Shown one piece after another: positions 17,560 through 26,248 of a DNA stretch of 64,000 nucleotides. Both the position numbers and the translations under genes were made by a program. The notes beneath the pieces were generated by a model, which saw nothing but the letters and a program-made list of their open reading frames with translations, had not been told where the DNA came from and ran no database searches. The stretch is taken from NCBI GenBank assembly GCA_964552565.1, contig CAZKGL010000001.1, positions 307,061-371,060 of the forward strand, in the 5' to 3' direction. The DNA is from an uncultured Gammaproteobacteria bacterium (GTDB lineage Bacteria > Patescibacteriota > Patescibacteriia > UBA9934). Position 1 is the first letter of the stretch; every line of letters starts with the position of its first letter.

Positions 17560-18141
17560 ATGTCCCGCCCCATCCCGGTCGAAATTATCCCGTCCCACGT
17601 CCACCTGTCCGAAGCGCACCACGCGGCGCTGTTCGGACCGACGCACGCGGCGACGATCGTCGAGAACCTGTCGCAGACGGGGCAGTTCGCGTATGCCGAG
17701 CGGGTCGAGGTGTACGGCAGGCTGAAACGCTCGGTGCCGCTGCGCGTCCTCGGCCCGTGCCGACGCACGACGCAGGTGGAACTCACGCCGACCGAGGCGC
17801 AGCTGCTTGGCCTCACGCCGCCTGTCGCGCGCTCCGGCGACATGTCGGAGGCGGTCGGGTGCCGCTTGGTCGGTCCGCACGGCGAGGTCGAGGCCGACGC
17901 CGTGGTCATCATCCCGAAGCCGCATCTGCATTGTTCCGACACCGAGGCGGCAAGCCTGCACGTCGTCAACGGCAAGACGGTGTCCGTGGAGGTCCTCGGC
18001 GATAACCCGTATGTGCTTGACGACGTCGTCGTCCGGGTCCACCCGAGCTACCGCCTGCGGCTCCACGTCCATCCCGACATCGCCCGGACGCATTGGATGA
18101 CCGGCGTTGTCCACGCCCGCATTCGCGACAAGGGGCTCTAG
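17560..18141 (+). CDS. PduL-type phosphate acyltransferase (phosphotransacylase)-like
   Basis: Two repeats of the PduL signature: IPVEIIPSHVHLSEAHHAALFG and VVIIPKPHLHCSDTEAASL. Confidence 0.65.
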   Translation: MSRPIPVEIIPSHVHLSEAHHAALFGPTHAATIVENLSQTGQFAYAERVEVYGRLKRSVPLRVLGPCRRTTQVELTPTEAQLLGLTPPVARSGDMSEAVGCRLVGPHGEVEADAVVIIPKPHLHCSDTEAASLHVVNGKTVSVEVLGDNPYVLDDVVVRVHPSYRLRLHVHPDIARTHWMTGVVHARIRDKGL

Positions 18142-18158
18142 TGGTAAAATGGCCGCGT

Positions 18159-19154
18159 ATGACCCGCGTGCTTGCCGCGTTGGCACTGTGTGCCGCACTT
18201 GCGTTCCCGCCGTCCGCCCGCGCCGCGACGGCCGACCTTTCTATCGACCAGGGGTCGATTACGTTTTCGACGTCGACATTTTACGCAGGGGACGACATCC
18301 GCATCTACGCGAAGGTCCGCAATGTCGGCGACACGGACATGACCGCGCTCGTCATCTTCTACCAGGGTTCCGCGGTCATCGGCAGGACGCAGCCGATTTC
18401 GTTGCGCGCCGGCGGGGCGCCGGAAGAGGTGTTCGTCGACTTCACTGTGCCGAACGCGTCGTTCAACATCCGGGCGGTCGTGTCTGGGGCGGAGCCGGCA
18501 GACGAGAACACGTCGAACAACGAGGCGACGACGCTTTTGTACACGCCGCTCCAGGACGACGACCGCGACGGGGTGGAAGATGACGCGGACAACTGCCCGA
18601 ACGATGCGAACGGCACGCAGGCGGATACGGACGGCGACGGGGACGGCGACGCGTGTGACAGCGACGACGATGCGGATTCGCTTTCCGACGCGACCGAGGA
18701 GTCGCGGGGGACCGATCCGGCCGACGACGATACGGACGATGACGGCGTCGACGATGCGGACGACGTTGCGCCGACGGACCCTGACGTCAGTGAGGAGCCG
18801 GCGCCAGCGCCGCAGCAGACGACATCGACCGCATCGACGAACAGCAGCGTGACGTCGTCGCCGATCGCGACCGCGCAGGCGGCTGAAACTGATGATGACG
18901 ATACTGCGGCAGAAACCGAAGAAGAGACGCCGGCATTCGAGCGGCCGACGTCTGCGTTCGCCCTGTTTCCCTCCGGCACGGTCGATGCGGACGGCGATGG
19001 TGTTGCGGACGACGCGGCGGGGTTCTTCCGCCTCAACAACCCGATCCTCGTCGGACTGCTCGGCGCGTTGGCGCTCGTCGCCATCGCCTGCATCGTCGCG
19101 ATCGTACTCATGCGGCGCCGCGAGGCGCGCGATGCGGACGGCAAGGACGTATGA
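18159..19154 (+). CDS. Secreted, membrane-anchored protein with a CARDB-like N-domain and thrombospondin-type-3 / Ca-binding Asp-rich repeats
   Basis: Signal peptide, DxDxDGxxDxxDNC-type repeats (DDDRDGVEDDADNCPNDANGTQADTDGDGDGDACDSDDD), acidic low-complexity middle, and a C-terminal TM. Confidence 0.55.
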   Translation: MTRVLAALALCAALAFPPSARAATADLSIDQGSITFSTSTFYAGDDIRIYAKVRNVGDTDMTALVIFYQGSAVIGRTQPISLRAGGAPEEVFVDFTVPNASFNIRAVVSGAEPADENTSNNEATTLLYTPLQDDDRDGVEDDADNCPNDANGTQADTDGDGDGDACDSDDDADSLSDATEESRGTDPADDDTDDDGVDDADDVAPTDPDVSEEPAPAPQQTTSTASTNSSVTSSPIATAQAAETDDDDTAAETEEETPAFERPTSAFALFPSGTVDADGDGVADDAAGFFRLNNPILVGLLGALALVAIACIVAIVLMRRREARDADGKDV

Positions 19155-20758
19155 TGCAGAAGCTGTTCCAGGCGGCATCGCCCTCCATCGCGAGCGCGGC
19201 GGTCATTGTGGCCGCTTTTTCCGTCGTCTCGCGCCTCGCGGGGTTTGTCCGCGACCGCATCTTGCTCGGCCTGTTCGGGGCGGGGGAGACGCTCGACATT
19301 TACTACCAGGCTTCCCGCATCCCGGATTTTTTGCTGCAGCTCTTGGTCGTCGGCGCGCTTTCCGCGAGCTTCATTCCGATTTTCGCCAAGTATCTTGTTG
19401 CGGGCGATGACGCGAAGGCGTGGCGGTACACGAACGGCATGCTTGCGTTCCTCGTCACCGGGTTCGGCGTCGTCGCCGTCGCGGGCGCCGTCGCGGCCCG
19501 GCCGCTCGCCGCACTCATCGCGCCGGGCTTTTCGGACGACGCGCTCGACCACGTCGCGCAGATGATGCGCGTCATGTTCCTCGGACAGTGCTTCTTCAGC
19601 GTCTCGCTCGTGTTCGGTTCTGCGCTCCAAGGCGCGAAGCGGTTTGTCGTGACGTCGCTCGCCCCGGTGGTGAACAACGTCGGCATCATCCTTGGCGCAC
19701 TGTTCCTCGTCCCGCTCATGGGGCCGGTCGGACTCGCGTGGGGCACGGTGCTCGGCGCGCTGCTGCACGCCCTCGTCCAGCTCGTCGGCGCCGCGTCCCT
19801 CGGATATGCGCCGTCGTTCGTACCGTTTTGGCGCGACAAGGACGTGCGGGCGACCGCATTCCACATGGCGCCGCGCACGCTGGGCCTTGCGGTGAACCAG
19901 ATCAACTTCCTGATTATGGGCGTCATCGCGACGACGCTCGCCGCGGGCTCCGCGACGATCTTCAACCTCGCGTACACGCTCAACTTTTTCCCGATCGGCG
20001 TCATCGCGGTGTCCTACGCCATCGCCGCGTTCCCGACGATGTGCGAACACGCGGCAAAGAAAAACACCGACGGGTTCCGCACCGTGTTTTCCGACACCAT
20101 CCGCCAGGTGTTGTTTTACATCATCCCCGCGACGGTGCTGTTCCTCCTGTTGCGTGCCCAGCTGGTGCGTGTGTTATTCGGCGCGGCCGCGTTCGACTGG
20201 GAGGCGACGATCCTGACCGCGGACACGCTTGCGTACTTTGCGCTGAGCTTCTTTGCGCAGTCGTTCGTGTTCGTGCTCGCCCGCGCCTACTTTGCCTTTG
20301 AAGACACGCTGACGCCGCTTGTCGTCGGCACCGCTTCCGCGCTCATCAACGCCGCGGCAGCGTGGGTACTCGCCGACGGCATGGGCGTCGTCGGCCTCGG
20401 CCTTGCCTTTTCCCTCACCGCGATGTTCCAGGCCGCGCTCTTGTGGGTGTTCCTGCGCATCCGCGTGGGCAGCCTGCACGAAGGGTCGATCCTCGCGTCG
20501 CTCGCGAAATTGTCGCTCGCCGGCCTTGCGGCGGGTGTGGCGACACAGGCGACGAAATATGCCGTCGTGCGCATCGTCGAACTCGACACCTTCTGGGCGG
20601 TGTTTGCGCAGGCCGCGATCGCGTCGGTCGCCGGGCTCGTCGTGTACGCTGCGGTCGCGTTTGTGCTCGGCAGCCGCGAGATGGCCGACGTCGCGCGCGG
20701 CTTGCGCCGGAAGTTGCTGCGTGCGGCGCGCCCGACCGGCGTCACGGAAACCGTATGA
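19151..20758 (+). CDS. murJ: Lipid II flippase MurJ
   Basis: Typical MviN/MurJ N-terminus SRLAGFVRDRILLGLFGAGETLDIYYQASRIPDFL and multiple TM helices. Confidence 0.85.
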   Translation: MMQKLFQAASPSIASAAVIVAAFSVVSRLAGFVRDRILLGLFGAGETLDIYYQASRIPDFLLQLLVVGALSASFIPIFAKYLVAGDDAKAWRYTNGMLAFLVTGFGVVAVAGAVAARPLAALIAPGFSDDALDHVAQMMRVMFLGQCFFSVSLVFGSALQGAKRFVVTSLAPVVNNVGIILGALFLVPLMGPVGLAWGTVLGALLHALVQLVGAASLGYAPSFVPFWRDKDVRATAFHMAPRTLGLAVNQINFLIMGVIATTLAAGSATIFNLAYTLNFFPIGVIAVSYAIAAFPTMCEHAAKKNTDGFRTVFSDTIRQVLFYIIPATVLFLLLRAQLVRVLFGAAAFDWEATILTADTLAYFALSFFAQSFVFVLARAYFAFEDTLTPLVVGTASALINAAAAWVLADGMGVVGLGLAFSLTAMFQAALLWVFLRIRVGSLHEGSILASLAKLSLAGLAAGVATQATKYAVVRIVELDTFWAVFAQAAIASVAGLVVYAAVAFVLGSREMADVARGLRRKLLRAARPTGVTETV

Positions 20759-21426
20759 GGGTGTTGTGGCGCATGGCAAAATGGTTGCTCGTGCTTGCGG
20801 TCGGCCTCACGATCGCGGTCTTTGTTTGTGCGCAGGCTGCGGTCGCGGAGATGGAGGCGAAGATCGTCACTGTCGCCGACCTTGCGCCGGCGCCGGCGGT
20901 CATCGTCCCCGGCGCGAGCGTGCTCAGGAACGGCCAGCCGTCCGACGTCCTCGCCGACCGGTTGCTGACCGCGATCGACATCTACGAGGCGGGGAAGGCG
21001 GAGAAGATCTTGGTGTCCGGCGACCATGGCGATGAGGAATATGACGAGGTGAACGTCATGCGGACGTACCTCCTCGACAAGGGCATCCCGGAGGAGGACA
21101 TTTTTCTCGACCACGCCGGGTTCGACACCTATGACACCATGTACCGCGCCCACCACCTTTTTGGGCTGACGGAGGCGGTCGTCGCCAGCCAGACGTTCCA
21201 CTTGCCCCGGGCGATCTATATCGGGGAGTCGCTTGGGATGGCGGTGCAGGGTGTGGCGTCGGAACGGCAGCCGTACGTCAAAGACGCGGAGTTTGCCTTC
21301 CGCGAGCGGTTCGCGGTCGTCAAAGCCTATGTGGATGTCATGCTGGGCTCGAATCCCGCGTATCTTGGCGAAAAAATCGATATTTCGGGCGATGGCCGCG
21401 TGACGTGGGACCAGGGGCTGGAATGA
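20755..21426 (+). CDS. DUF218-domain protein (YdcF/SanA/ElyC family)
   Basis: N-terminal TM plus a YdcF-like core. The start ATG overlaps the murJ stop as ATGA. Confidence 0.55.
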   Translation: MRVLWRMAKWLLVLAVGLTIAVFVCAQAAVAEMEAKIVTVADLAPAPAVIVPGASVLRNGQPSDVLADRLLTAIDIYEAGKAEKILVSGDHGDEEYDEVNVMRTYLLDKGIPEEDIFLDHAGFDTYDTMYRAHHLFGLTEAVVASQTFHLPRAIYIGESLGMAVQGVASERQPYVKDAEFAFRERFAVVKAYVDVMLGSNPAYLGEKIDISGDGRVTWDQGLE

Positions 21427-21435
21427 TGAGGGCGG

Positions 21436-21464
21436 TTGACAAACCTCGACCGCTCGTGTAGTAT
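21436..21464 (+). promoter_or_regulatory. Near-consensus sigma70 promoter TTGACA-N17-TAGTAT
   Basis: Hexamers read directly; the predicted TSS is ~17 nt upstream of the 21488 ORF. Confidence 0.5.
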
Positions 21465-21487
21465 TTTCGCTTGTCTTAGCGAAGAGC

Positions 21488-21757
21488 TTGGACTTGATGG
21501 AGGGGACTTTTCCAAAGGGGGCAGATTTGGAAAAGATGGAGCGTGAGGAGATGTACTTCGTGACGTTTCGCGTGTCGTCCGACCGCCATGGGGAGATGTC
21601 GGTCACGATCCCGTGGGCCGACCGGTTCGGCAGCCATGCGCGGTTCTCGCACCCGATCCCTCGGGATGCGGTCATCGCGCCGGCGCCAGCCCAGCCGGTC
21701 CCGGATCAGATCAAGGTGCGCATCGGCGCCCTTGTGTTCGTCCGTCGCGCGGCCTGA
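21488..21757 (+). CDS. Hypothetical small protein
   Basis: ORF immediately downstream of the strong promoter; no family recognised. Confidence 0.3.
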   Translation: MDLMEGTFPKGADLEKMEREEMYFVTFRVSSDRHGEMSVTIPWADRFGSHARFSHPIPRDAVIAPAPAQPVPDQIKVRIGALVFVRRAA

Positions 21758-21850
21758 CCGCTGCGCCGTAGGCTCCCTCGCCTCGTCGAGGGCTCCTACC
21801 ACCCGTCTTCATCATCCCAGGATGGTGGCGAGCGGTGGAGGGAGAAACAG

Positions 21851-22753
21851 ATGGACTTTCACTTCGCCGTCCTCATGCAGCGGCTCGAGGCCGTGCAGCG
21901 GGACATGCCCGTGGTCATGGCCGCGGTGCGCAACGAGACGATCCGCGTCGCGTCCGACCCCATGCTCGCGTGGTACGGGGAGAAGATGGTGTACACGGGG
22001 TTCCTCATCATGGGCCTGTGCCTCGTCTTCAGCGAGGCGATCGCCGAAGCGGTGCACCCGCGGCCCCCGCCGCGGCCCCGGCCTCGCACCAGCCTCATCT
22101 CGCTCGTCCCGCCTCCTCCGCCCAGCGGCGGGGACGGCGAGGACGCGCCGCGCGAGGAGGAGCCCGACCCGTCGGTCCGCAACACGCTGCCGGGCGACCG
22201 GCCGCTGCCCGCGCGCCTCGGCCTCGCGTCCGCATCGGCGGATCTCGGCTCGCCGCCGGACCCCCCGTCCGTGCCGCGCTCCGTGCGTCGCATGATGGGG
22301 CTCGACGACATCCTCGGCGCGCCGCGCGAGGACGACCCGTTCGCCGCCATGCGCGGCCCCGGGTACCAGTCCGCGTTCGACCCGCCGTCTCCGGTCCTCG
22401 TGTCGGAGAACGCGGAGGACGTGCCGACGCCGTCCCAGCTGCCGCGCGCCACCTCGCCGACTGCTGAGCACGAGGAAGACCTCATGGGCGGCCACGGCGG
22501 AGGGGCGGACGACCAGGAGTCGACCGAGGACCTCGGCGCGGACGACCAGGGCTCCGGAGACGGCAACGAGGACGCGCCGGCCGAGGAGCCGGGGCTGGTG
22601 CCGCCCACCGCGGGCGAGTTCCTGGCCCTCTCGGGCTTCGGGAAGGTCGAGGACGATTTCTTCAACAGCGAGGTCGGCACCGTCGGGCCCGTGGACCCGT
22701 CCCGGCAGCCGGGACGCATGCCGCGCCCCTCGACCGAAGAGGAAGAGTCCTAG
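21851..22753 (+). CDS. Hypothetical protein with one TM, then a long Pro-rich/acidic disordered region
   Basis: GGAGGGAG lies 7 nt upstream of the ATG. The hydrophobic segment is YTGFLIMGLCLVF. Confidence 0.4.
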   Translation: MDFHFAVLMQRLEAVQRDMPVVMAAVRNETIRVASDPMLAWYGEKMVYTGFLIMGLCLVFSEAIAEAVHPRPPPRPRPRTSLISLVPPPPPSGGDGEDAPREEEPDPSVRNTLPGDRPLPARLGLASASADLGSPPDPPSVPRSVRRMMGLDDILGAPREDDPFAAMRGPGYQSAFDPPSPVLVSENAEDVPTPSQLPRATSPTAEHEEDLMGGHGGGADDQESTEDLGADDQGSGDGNEDAPAEEPGLVPPTAGEFLALSGFGKVEDDFFNSEVGTVGPVDPSRQPGRMPRPSTEEEES

Positions 22754-22771
22754 CGTCAACAAGGAGGAACG

Positions 22772-22812
22772 GACGGTGTCCAGATCGTGGGCACCGTCTT
22801 CCTATTTCTGGG
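22772..22812 (+). terminator. Hairpin GACGGTG...CACCGTC followed by a T-rich tract
   Basis: Read directly after the stop at 22753. Confidence 0.5.
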
Positions 22813-22935
22813 GATGCGCGCTTGTAAGCGAGCTTTACTTTTGCGAGAATTCGGTGTAGATTATTGCGTCGTTTTCCTTCTGGGCCGTCGATACGAGCCG
22901 TACCGGTTCGCGCCGATCCCTGGAGGGAAGGCAAC

Positions 22936-23187
22936 ATGCATATCGTTCGTGGCATCGGGGCGTTCATCGTCGTCATCGGGTCGTTCTTCGCAGGGGCGTT
23001 CATCGTGTGGCAGGAGTCCGCGCCGACGATCGCCGCCTACCAAGCGCACAGCGCGTCGACGGAGCGCATCGCCCGGGAGTGCATCGAGAACAGTGAGAGG
23101 CTCGGCGGCCTCGCGGACGAGGCGTCGCAGCTGGCGGCCGATTCGCTCGCGCGCTACATCGCCTGCCAGGAGGAGCAGGGCAACTAG
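22936..23187 (+). CDS. Array gene 1: small membrane protein (83 aa) with 1 TM and a helical tail
   Basis: GGAGGG lies 8 nt upstream of the ATG. Translation begins MHIVRGIGAFIVVIGSFFAGAFIVW. Confidence 0.55.
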   Translation: MHIVRGIGAFIVVIGSFFAGAFIVWQESAPTIAAYQAHSASTERIARECIENSERLGGLADEASQLAADSLARYIACQEEQGN

Positions 23188-23274
23188 GCGACGACAACGT
23201 CGCGCGTCCGGATACTCGGCACGAGGTTCTCCTCGCGCCGATCTCCGGCCGAATGGATCGACCGAGGAGGCACA

Positions 23275-23604
23275 ATGTTCGAGCTCGTGGTCTTTTATAT
23301 CGTGTACATGGTTTTCTTGTCCGCCGCCCTTGGTTTGGGCTCGGTGGTGGGGGCGCGAGTGCCGCGCACGCGCCGTCGACCGGTGGCGATTGGAGCCATC
23401 TTCGGCTTCGTGTTCTTCTTCCTGTCTACGATTGTCGTAGCGCTGATGGGGATGCACAACGCCATGAGCATCATCGTGGCGTGTGCCGTGGTGCACAATT
23501 TTTCTGGGGGACTCCTCATTCGGTTCGTGCTGCAGATCATCAGTGAGCGTCACCGCTCGGCCGACGCCATTCGCCGCCTCTACCCTGACGACCACGTGCA
23601 GTGA
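23275..23604 (+). CDS. Array gene 2: small polytopic membrane protein (109 aa)
   Basis: Leader ...CCGGCCGAATGGATCGACCGAGGAGGcacaATG; about 3 TM helices. Confidence 0.55.
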   Translation: MFELVVFYIVYMVFLSAALGLGSVVGARVPRTRRRPVAIGAIFGFVFFFLSTIVVALMGMHNAMSIIVACAVVHNFSGGLLIRFVLQIISERHRSADAIRRLYPDDHVQ

Positions 23605-23867
23605 TGACGAGCATCGCCGCGTTCGTGTTCATGTCTTCGCTGCCGACTGCAGCGTACGTCGTCGCCGCGCTGTTCCTCGGGAGCGGCGCACTGCACTGGC
23701 GCAGTGCGTATCCGGCTGTAGGCCCGATTGTGGGCTGTGCGTGTGGGCATATCGTCGGAGCGCTGTTGGGCGAGATGATCGTGCAGGATCAGCTGATGTG
23801 GCCCGCCGCAATCGTGGTCCTGGCCGTCTACGTCGTCATGCACTTCGTGATCGCGTATTGCAGGTAG
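23604..23867 (+). CDS. Array gene 3: small membrane protein (87 aa)
   Basis: ATG overlaps the upstream stop (TGATG). About 3 TM helices. Confidence 0.45.
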   Translation: MTSIAAFVFMSSLPTAAYVVAALFLGSGALHWRSAYPAVGPIVGCACGHIVGALLGEMIVQDQLMWPAAIVVLAVYVVMHFVIAYCR

Positions 23868-23972
23868 GTGGCCCCGTCGCTCGCGAGCGACGGGGCGGGC
23901 CGGACGTCGAGATGAGGAAACGCCTCGTCTCGATCACCGGCCGAATCAACCAATCGGCCCCGGAGGTTGCCA

Positions 23973-24167
23973 GTGGTCCGTACCGTGTTGCGTATCTTCG
24001 TTCTCGGCATCATCATCGGGATCGTTGCGTCACTCGTCGGGGAGGGGTTGTTCGGCCACGACAGTCCCGTGCGGGCGCGGATGATGACCGCGGGCGCCGC
24101 GGTTCTGCTCATGCTCGGGCTTCCGGACCTTTGGGACATGTGGAAGGCGAAGAAGCGGGAGGGGTGA
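23973..24167 (+). CDS. Array gene 4: small membrane protein (~64 aa). GTG start proposed; an alternative TTG start lies at 23967.
   Basis: GGAGG sits 6 nt upstream of the GTG; 2 TM helices. Confidence 0.4.
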   Translation: MVRTVLRIFVLGIIIGIVASLVGEGLFGHDSPVRARMMTAGAAVLLMLGLPDLWDMWKAKKREG

Positions 24168-24323
24168 GCATCTGTCCGGCGTTTGCTCGCTCGTGTCGCG
24201 CGACGATTCCTCGAAGTCGTCGCGCCGCCGTCAATGTTCGAGTGTTCAAAAATGGCCGATCGTCATTTTTTGAACACATGGTCATCGACGGCCGAATGGA
24301 TCGACCGAGGAGGTACCTGTCCC

Positions 24324-24551
24324 ATGTTCCGCGCCATGCTCGCCCGCGTCCGTACGATGGATGCTGACGAGATCATCCTCTACTTCTGGTCGCCAACGGC
24401 CCTGCTGCTCATCATCCCGGGGATCTTCATCCGGGAAGTGGCTGCCCAGCAGGCGTTCGGCAAGCTGATGTTCGGGTGGCTGGTGTTCACTCCGCTCCTG
24501 TACCTCATCGTCTGCCTGGTTCGACGCGGGCCCGTGAAGACCGCCTCGTGA
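24324..24551 (+). CDS. Array gene 5: small membrane protein (75 aa)
   Basis: Same GGCCGAATGGATCGACCGAGGAGG leader module as gene 2; 2 TM helices. Confidence 0.5.
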   Translation: MFRAMLARVRTMDADEIILYFWSPTALLLIIPGIFIREVAAQQAFGKLMFGWLVFTPLLYLIVCLVRRGPVKTAS

Positions 24552-24726
24552 CGCCGACGGACGACGAGCTGGACCTGTTCCCTGAACTTCGTGACGACCG
24601 CTAGCCAGTCGTCCTGCCGGATCCTCGGCATCACCGGTTCGCGGTGGTGCCAAGTCCCGGCCGAAGGTGTGCGGCGCGGGAATGTCCCCGCGCGGCATGC
24701 GTGACCACCGGCCAACGGAGGACGTC

Positions 24727-25014
24727 ATGATCGTCATGATGTTCGTAGCAATCCTCAGCGCACCGGTGCACGCCGCCGATGCGTTCGCGTCATGGCCGCC
24801 GCCTGAGCCGCCGCAGCAGGAGGACGAGTGTGCGGGCGAGCTCGCCGAGGCGAACGCCCGCATTGTCGAGCTCGAGGAGGCGCTCATCGACGCGGAATGC
24901 GACACGGTGCGTGACCGCTGGGTTTCCCGTGTGGAAGATATTGTCACTGGGCTCGTCGTGGCGGGCGTCCTTGGCGCGCTGGTCTGGCTCAAGCCGGACC
25001 ACACGGGTCGCTGA
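24727..25014 (+). CDS. Array gene 6: small secreted or bitopic protein (95 aa) with a signal peptide, coiled coil and C-terminal TM
   Basis: Leader ...CCACCGGCCAACGGAGGacgtcATG. Signal peptide MIVMMFVAILSAPVHAADA. Confidence 0.5.
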   Translation: MIVMMFVAILSAPVHAADAFASWPPPEPPQQEDECAGELAEANARIVELEEALIDAECDTVRDRWVSRVEDIVTGLVVAGVLGALVWLKPDHTGR

Positions 25015-25019
25015 TCGAG

Positions 25020-25280
25020 ATGCGCGCACTTCGGACGCTGCTCCTCGCGGTCGCCGTGGCGCCGATCGTCGGCGTGTGGGCGTTCCCGCTGGGCGGGTTG
25101 CTCGCGGTCGCCATCTACGCGGTTCTCCTTGGCATCGGCCGCGCGGAGGACGCGGCGTGGTGCCTGCTCGGCTTCCCGTGCGCCGGGCTTGCGCTCGTCG
25201 GCCTGTCGCGCTCCCACGAGGAGCGGTGGCTTGCCGCCATTCCCATGCCGTCGCCCGACGATACGCCGTTCGCGGCGTGA
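25020..25280 (+). CDS. Array gene 7: small membrane protein (86 aa)
   Basis: Starts 5 nt after the gene 6 stop; ~3 TM helices; no own SD. Confidence 0.4.
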   Translation: MRALRTLLLAVAVAPIVGVWAFPLGGLLAVAIYAVLLGIGRAEDAAWCLLGFPCAGLALVGLSRSHEERWLAAIPMPSPDDTPFAA

Positions 25281-25398
25281 TGTCGGACAGCCGGACGTCG
25301 AGATGAGGGAACGCCCTTGTCTCGATCACCGGCCGAAGGTGTGCGGCGCGGGAATGTCCCCGCGCGGCATGCGTGACCACCGGCCAACGGAGGCCACC

Positions 25399-25728
25399 AT
25401 GGGCATCGTCATCGTCACTCTTTCCGTTTCCGCTGCGTGGATCATCGGGCTGGCGGCGCTCCTCGGACTCATGGATCCATGGCCCCTCTTCTCCCGGAAC
25501 ATCCGAGAGTGGATGCTGGCCGCGGCTCCGGTCCCGCCCGTCCGCCCGATGTCGCCGATCGTGTCGCCTGCGCTCCTCATGATGTCCGGCATTGTGCTCA
25601 TCGCCGCATCGCTGCCCCTCGTCACTATGGAGTGGGGATGCCTTTCGAGGATCATCCTCATCATCATCGGAGGGGCGTTCGTCGCCACCGCGCTCACGCG
25701 GATCCACCGGTACTTCACGGTGGGCTAG
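25399..25728 (+). CDS. Array gene 8: small polytopic membrane protein (109 aa)
   Basis: Same CCGGCCGAAGGTGTGCGGCGCGGGAATGTCCCCGCGCGGCATGCGTGACCACCGGCCAACGGAGG leader as gene 6. Confidence 0.5.
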   Translation: MGIVIVTLSVSAAWIIGLAALLGLMDPWPLFSRNIREWMLAAAPVPPVRPMSPIVSPALLMMSGIVLIAASLPLVTMEWGCLSRIILIIIGGAFVATALTRIHRYFTVG

Positions 25729-25828
25729 CGGGAACGCCGTCCGGATACTCGGCACGAGGTTCTCCTCGCGCCGATCTCCGGCCGAACTGTTCGGTCCCGT
25801 TCCGTCCAACCCTGTCCCCGGAGGTTCC

Positions 25829-26248
25829 GTGGAGCACGTGCACTTCGCGATCGCCGCCATCGTGCCGCCGACACGCCACTCGCTCGGCGCGTTGGTCGTC
25901 ATGTGCGCCGTCGCGGCCGCCATCATCTTCATCCTGGCGAAGCCGGAGTTCGCGCGGCGCATCGCGCGGCGCATGCTCCGCGTGGGAATCGCGCTTGCCA
26001 TCATGACGCTGCTCATCATCGGCGGGTACGCGCTGCGCGTCGGCCTGTCGGGTGTCGGCCTGCCCGAGTCGCTGTCGAACATCATCGGCTTCACGGTGAC
26101 GTGGGGCGGGATGTACCTGGTCATCATCGACTGGATGCGCCGGCAGCGCGCGTTCCTCGCATCGCAACAGCAGGCTGCGCGCGACGCAGGCGTCCGCGCG
26201 CTCCGCCCTGGCCGCTTCCCGCACCCCGAGCCACCGGAGGACCCATGA
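25829..26248 (+). CDS. Array gene 9: membrane protein (~139 aa), GTG start
   Basis: CCCCGGAGGttccGTG; 3-4 TM helices. Confidence 0.45.
   Translation: MEHVHFAIAAIVPPTRHSLGALVVMCAVAAAIIFILAKPEFARRIARRMLRVGIALAIMTLLIIGGYALRVGLSGVGLPESLSNIIGFTVTWGGMYLVIIDWMRRQRAFLASQQQAARDAGVRALRPGRFPHPEPPEDP

Noticed and set aside
23188-25830. Interpretation of the array leaders as integron attC sites
   Set aside because: I could not find the RYYYAAC / GTTRRRY core sites, and no integron integrase is in the window. The hairpins sit upstream of, not downstream of, each ORF unit. The repeats remain unexplained, but should not be called attC.
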